Below, in pieces: positions 63,040 to 64,000 of a stretch of DNA of 64,000 bases. The stretch is from assembly GCA_011109175.1 (NCBI GenBank), contig RDEW01000003.1, positions 1,037,071 through 1,101,070 of the forward strand. Direction: 5' to 3'. This stretch comes from Dicyema japonicum (Eukaryota; Animalia; Dicyemida). A program made the translations under genes and the position numbers. The notes below the pieces were generated by a model that was not told the origin of the DNA, ran no database searches, and was given only the letters and a program-made list of their open reading frames with translations. Each line of letters begins with the position of its first letter. Position 1 is the first letter of the stretch.

Positions 63040-63330
63040 TCTTTCCTTCTCTTCTTAATCAAAAAAGTGATTCACAACATTTTTTTAAAGTAAAATCAGT
63101 TAATGACAACAATCTTCGATAGAGATTCCAGAAGAATCCTATCGCAAATCAGCTCCGGACATTTTCACCCCTGTGACGGATCAGAGTTGACCAGCTTGGG
63201 GATATCATCAATCAAACCTTCTCCAGACCTTGACCACTAATAACACCAAGGACTTATGGGAGCACCCAACACTATTTGCTGTACGCTTGATGGCACCGGC
63301 CTCTTACATGTTATTGAGGTTGGGGCGACT
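63040..63330 (+). mobile_element. Jockey/I-group LINE 3' end
   Basis: LDRDSRRILSQISSGH...DLWEHP. Confidence 0.6.
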
Positions 63331-63339
63331 AACTAACTA

Positions 63340-63960
63340 ATCAAAAATACAGCGACGGTTTAGATTGCCAAATTGTCCCTTTGTAGTTTCGTAAAGAAGT
63401 ATGGTGGCAACAATGAGGGATATAAAGAGTTCTTGTAATGTTCGAAGCGGCCTTTATAAGTAGAATTTTTTGGCTAGAAGATAGCTTGTTCTTTACACCT
63501 GTTCCGAAAGTCATCAGGGAGTCGAAAGTGACTCTCAATATTTTTACGTTTTTGGAGCATGGGTTTTGTTTCTCATTTATTGTCAAGGAGTGTGTAGAAT
63601 ACGTATTAAAGCAGTGCATGACTTTGTAGTGCAGGTCTGACTTGGGCGATCGAGTACTGATCTCTAGAAGCAGTAAAAATGCCGTCAGCGTAAGTCAATA
63701 TTAAGCTATCTTCTCTGATTGGGGGGAAAATGCTCAAGAATAAGTTAAACAAAATCGCTGACATGAGATCCTTGCGTTAGGCAGTATTGAATTAGCAACA
63801 TTTTTCTTCTGCAACTGCAAAAGTTAGCAATCCATTTTAGAGTTTTCTTGGGATATCCGATGCATAGATCTTTCCTGTCAGTAACTTTCTATGAACTGAG
63901 TCAAAATCCTTTTGTATGTTAATTGAACATAAAAGCATAATTCCAATCAATTATAAATAT
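63340..63960 (-). mobile_element. Jockey/I-group LINE RT fragment
   Basis: IQK.FDSVH.KLL; QGS...LF; TYADGI; KILRVTFDSLMTF. Confidence 0.75.
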
Positions 63961-64000
63961 ACCACGTACCTCTATACCACGTCCTATCTTGGACAAATAT

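Noticed and set aside
1-64000. Alternative genetic code (ciliate-like or TGA=Trp)
   Set aside because: Host genes end at TAA, TAG or TGA at homologous positions, conserved Trp is TGG, and most apparent stops lie in short introns.
1-64000. Prokaryotic or phage-type system (defence island, retron, operon)
   Set aside because: All recognisable genes are intron-containing animal genes, and all RT fragments are non-LTR retrotransposon types.

Overview
AT-rich (roughly one-third GC by eye) eukaryotic nuclear DNA from an animal with ultra-short spliceosomal introns (20-31 nt in most cases checked). The gene set (TRPM, SFMBT, SLC34, the ciliary dynein-2 subunit WDR34) and intron size fit a ciliated, reduced animal such as a dicyemid; this is inference, not identification. 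Recognisable host genes, reconstructed by hand across introns: cold-shock-domain protein (-), COG5 (+), SLC34 Na/Pi cotransporter (+), SFMBT (+), BRMS1/SDS3-like (-), an orphan signal-peptide/Thr-stalk surface protein (+), NAA50 (-), WDR34/DYNC2I2 (+), CIP2A-like (-), HDGF/LEDGF-family PWWP-IBD protein (+) and TRPM (+), plus one solitary 5S rRNA gene. Intergenic DNA is packed with repeat debris: two hAT elements with perfect 8-bp TSDs, a Mutator-like foldback, a pogo-like remnant, about 17 truncated CRE-clade retrotransposon 3' ends, Jockey/I- and RTE-type LINE pieces, an R4/Dong-type piece, a SINE family and a tRNA-mimic family with a long insert. The most unusual signal is the palindrome CACGTG: about 46 copies by eye versus about 5-6 expected, in all three reading frames of host exons and absent from the longer transposon remnants. 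Several conserved genes show single-base deletions at homopolymers, probably long-read assembly errors. No tools were run; boundaries of degenerate repeats are approximate.
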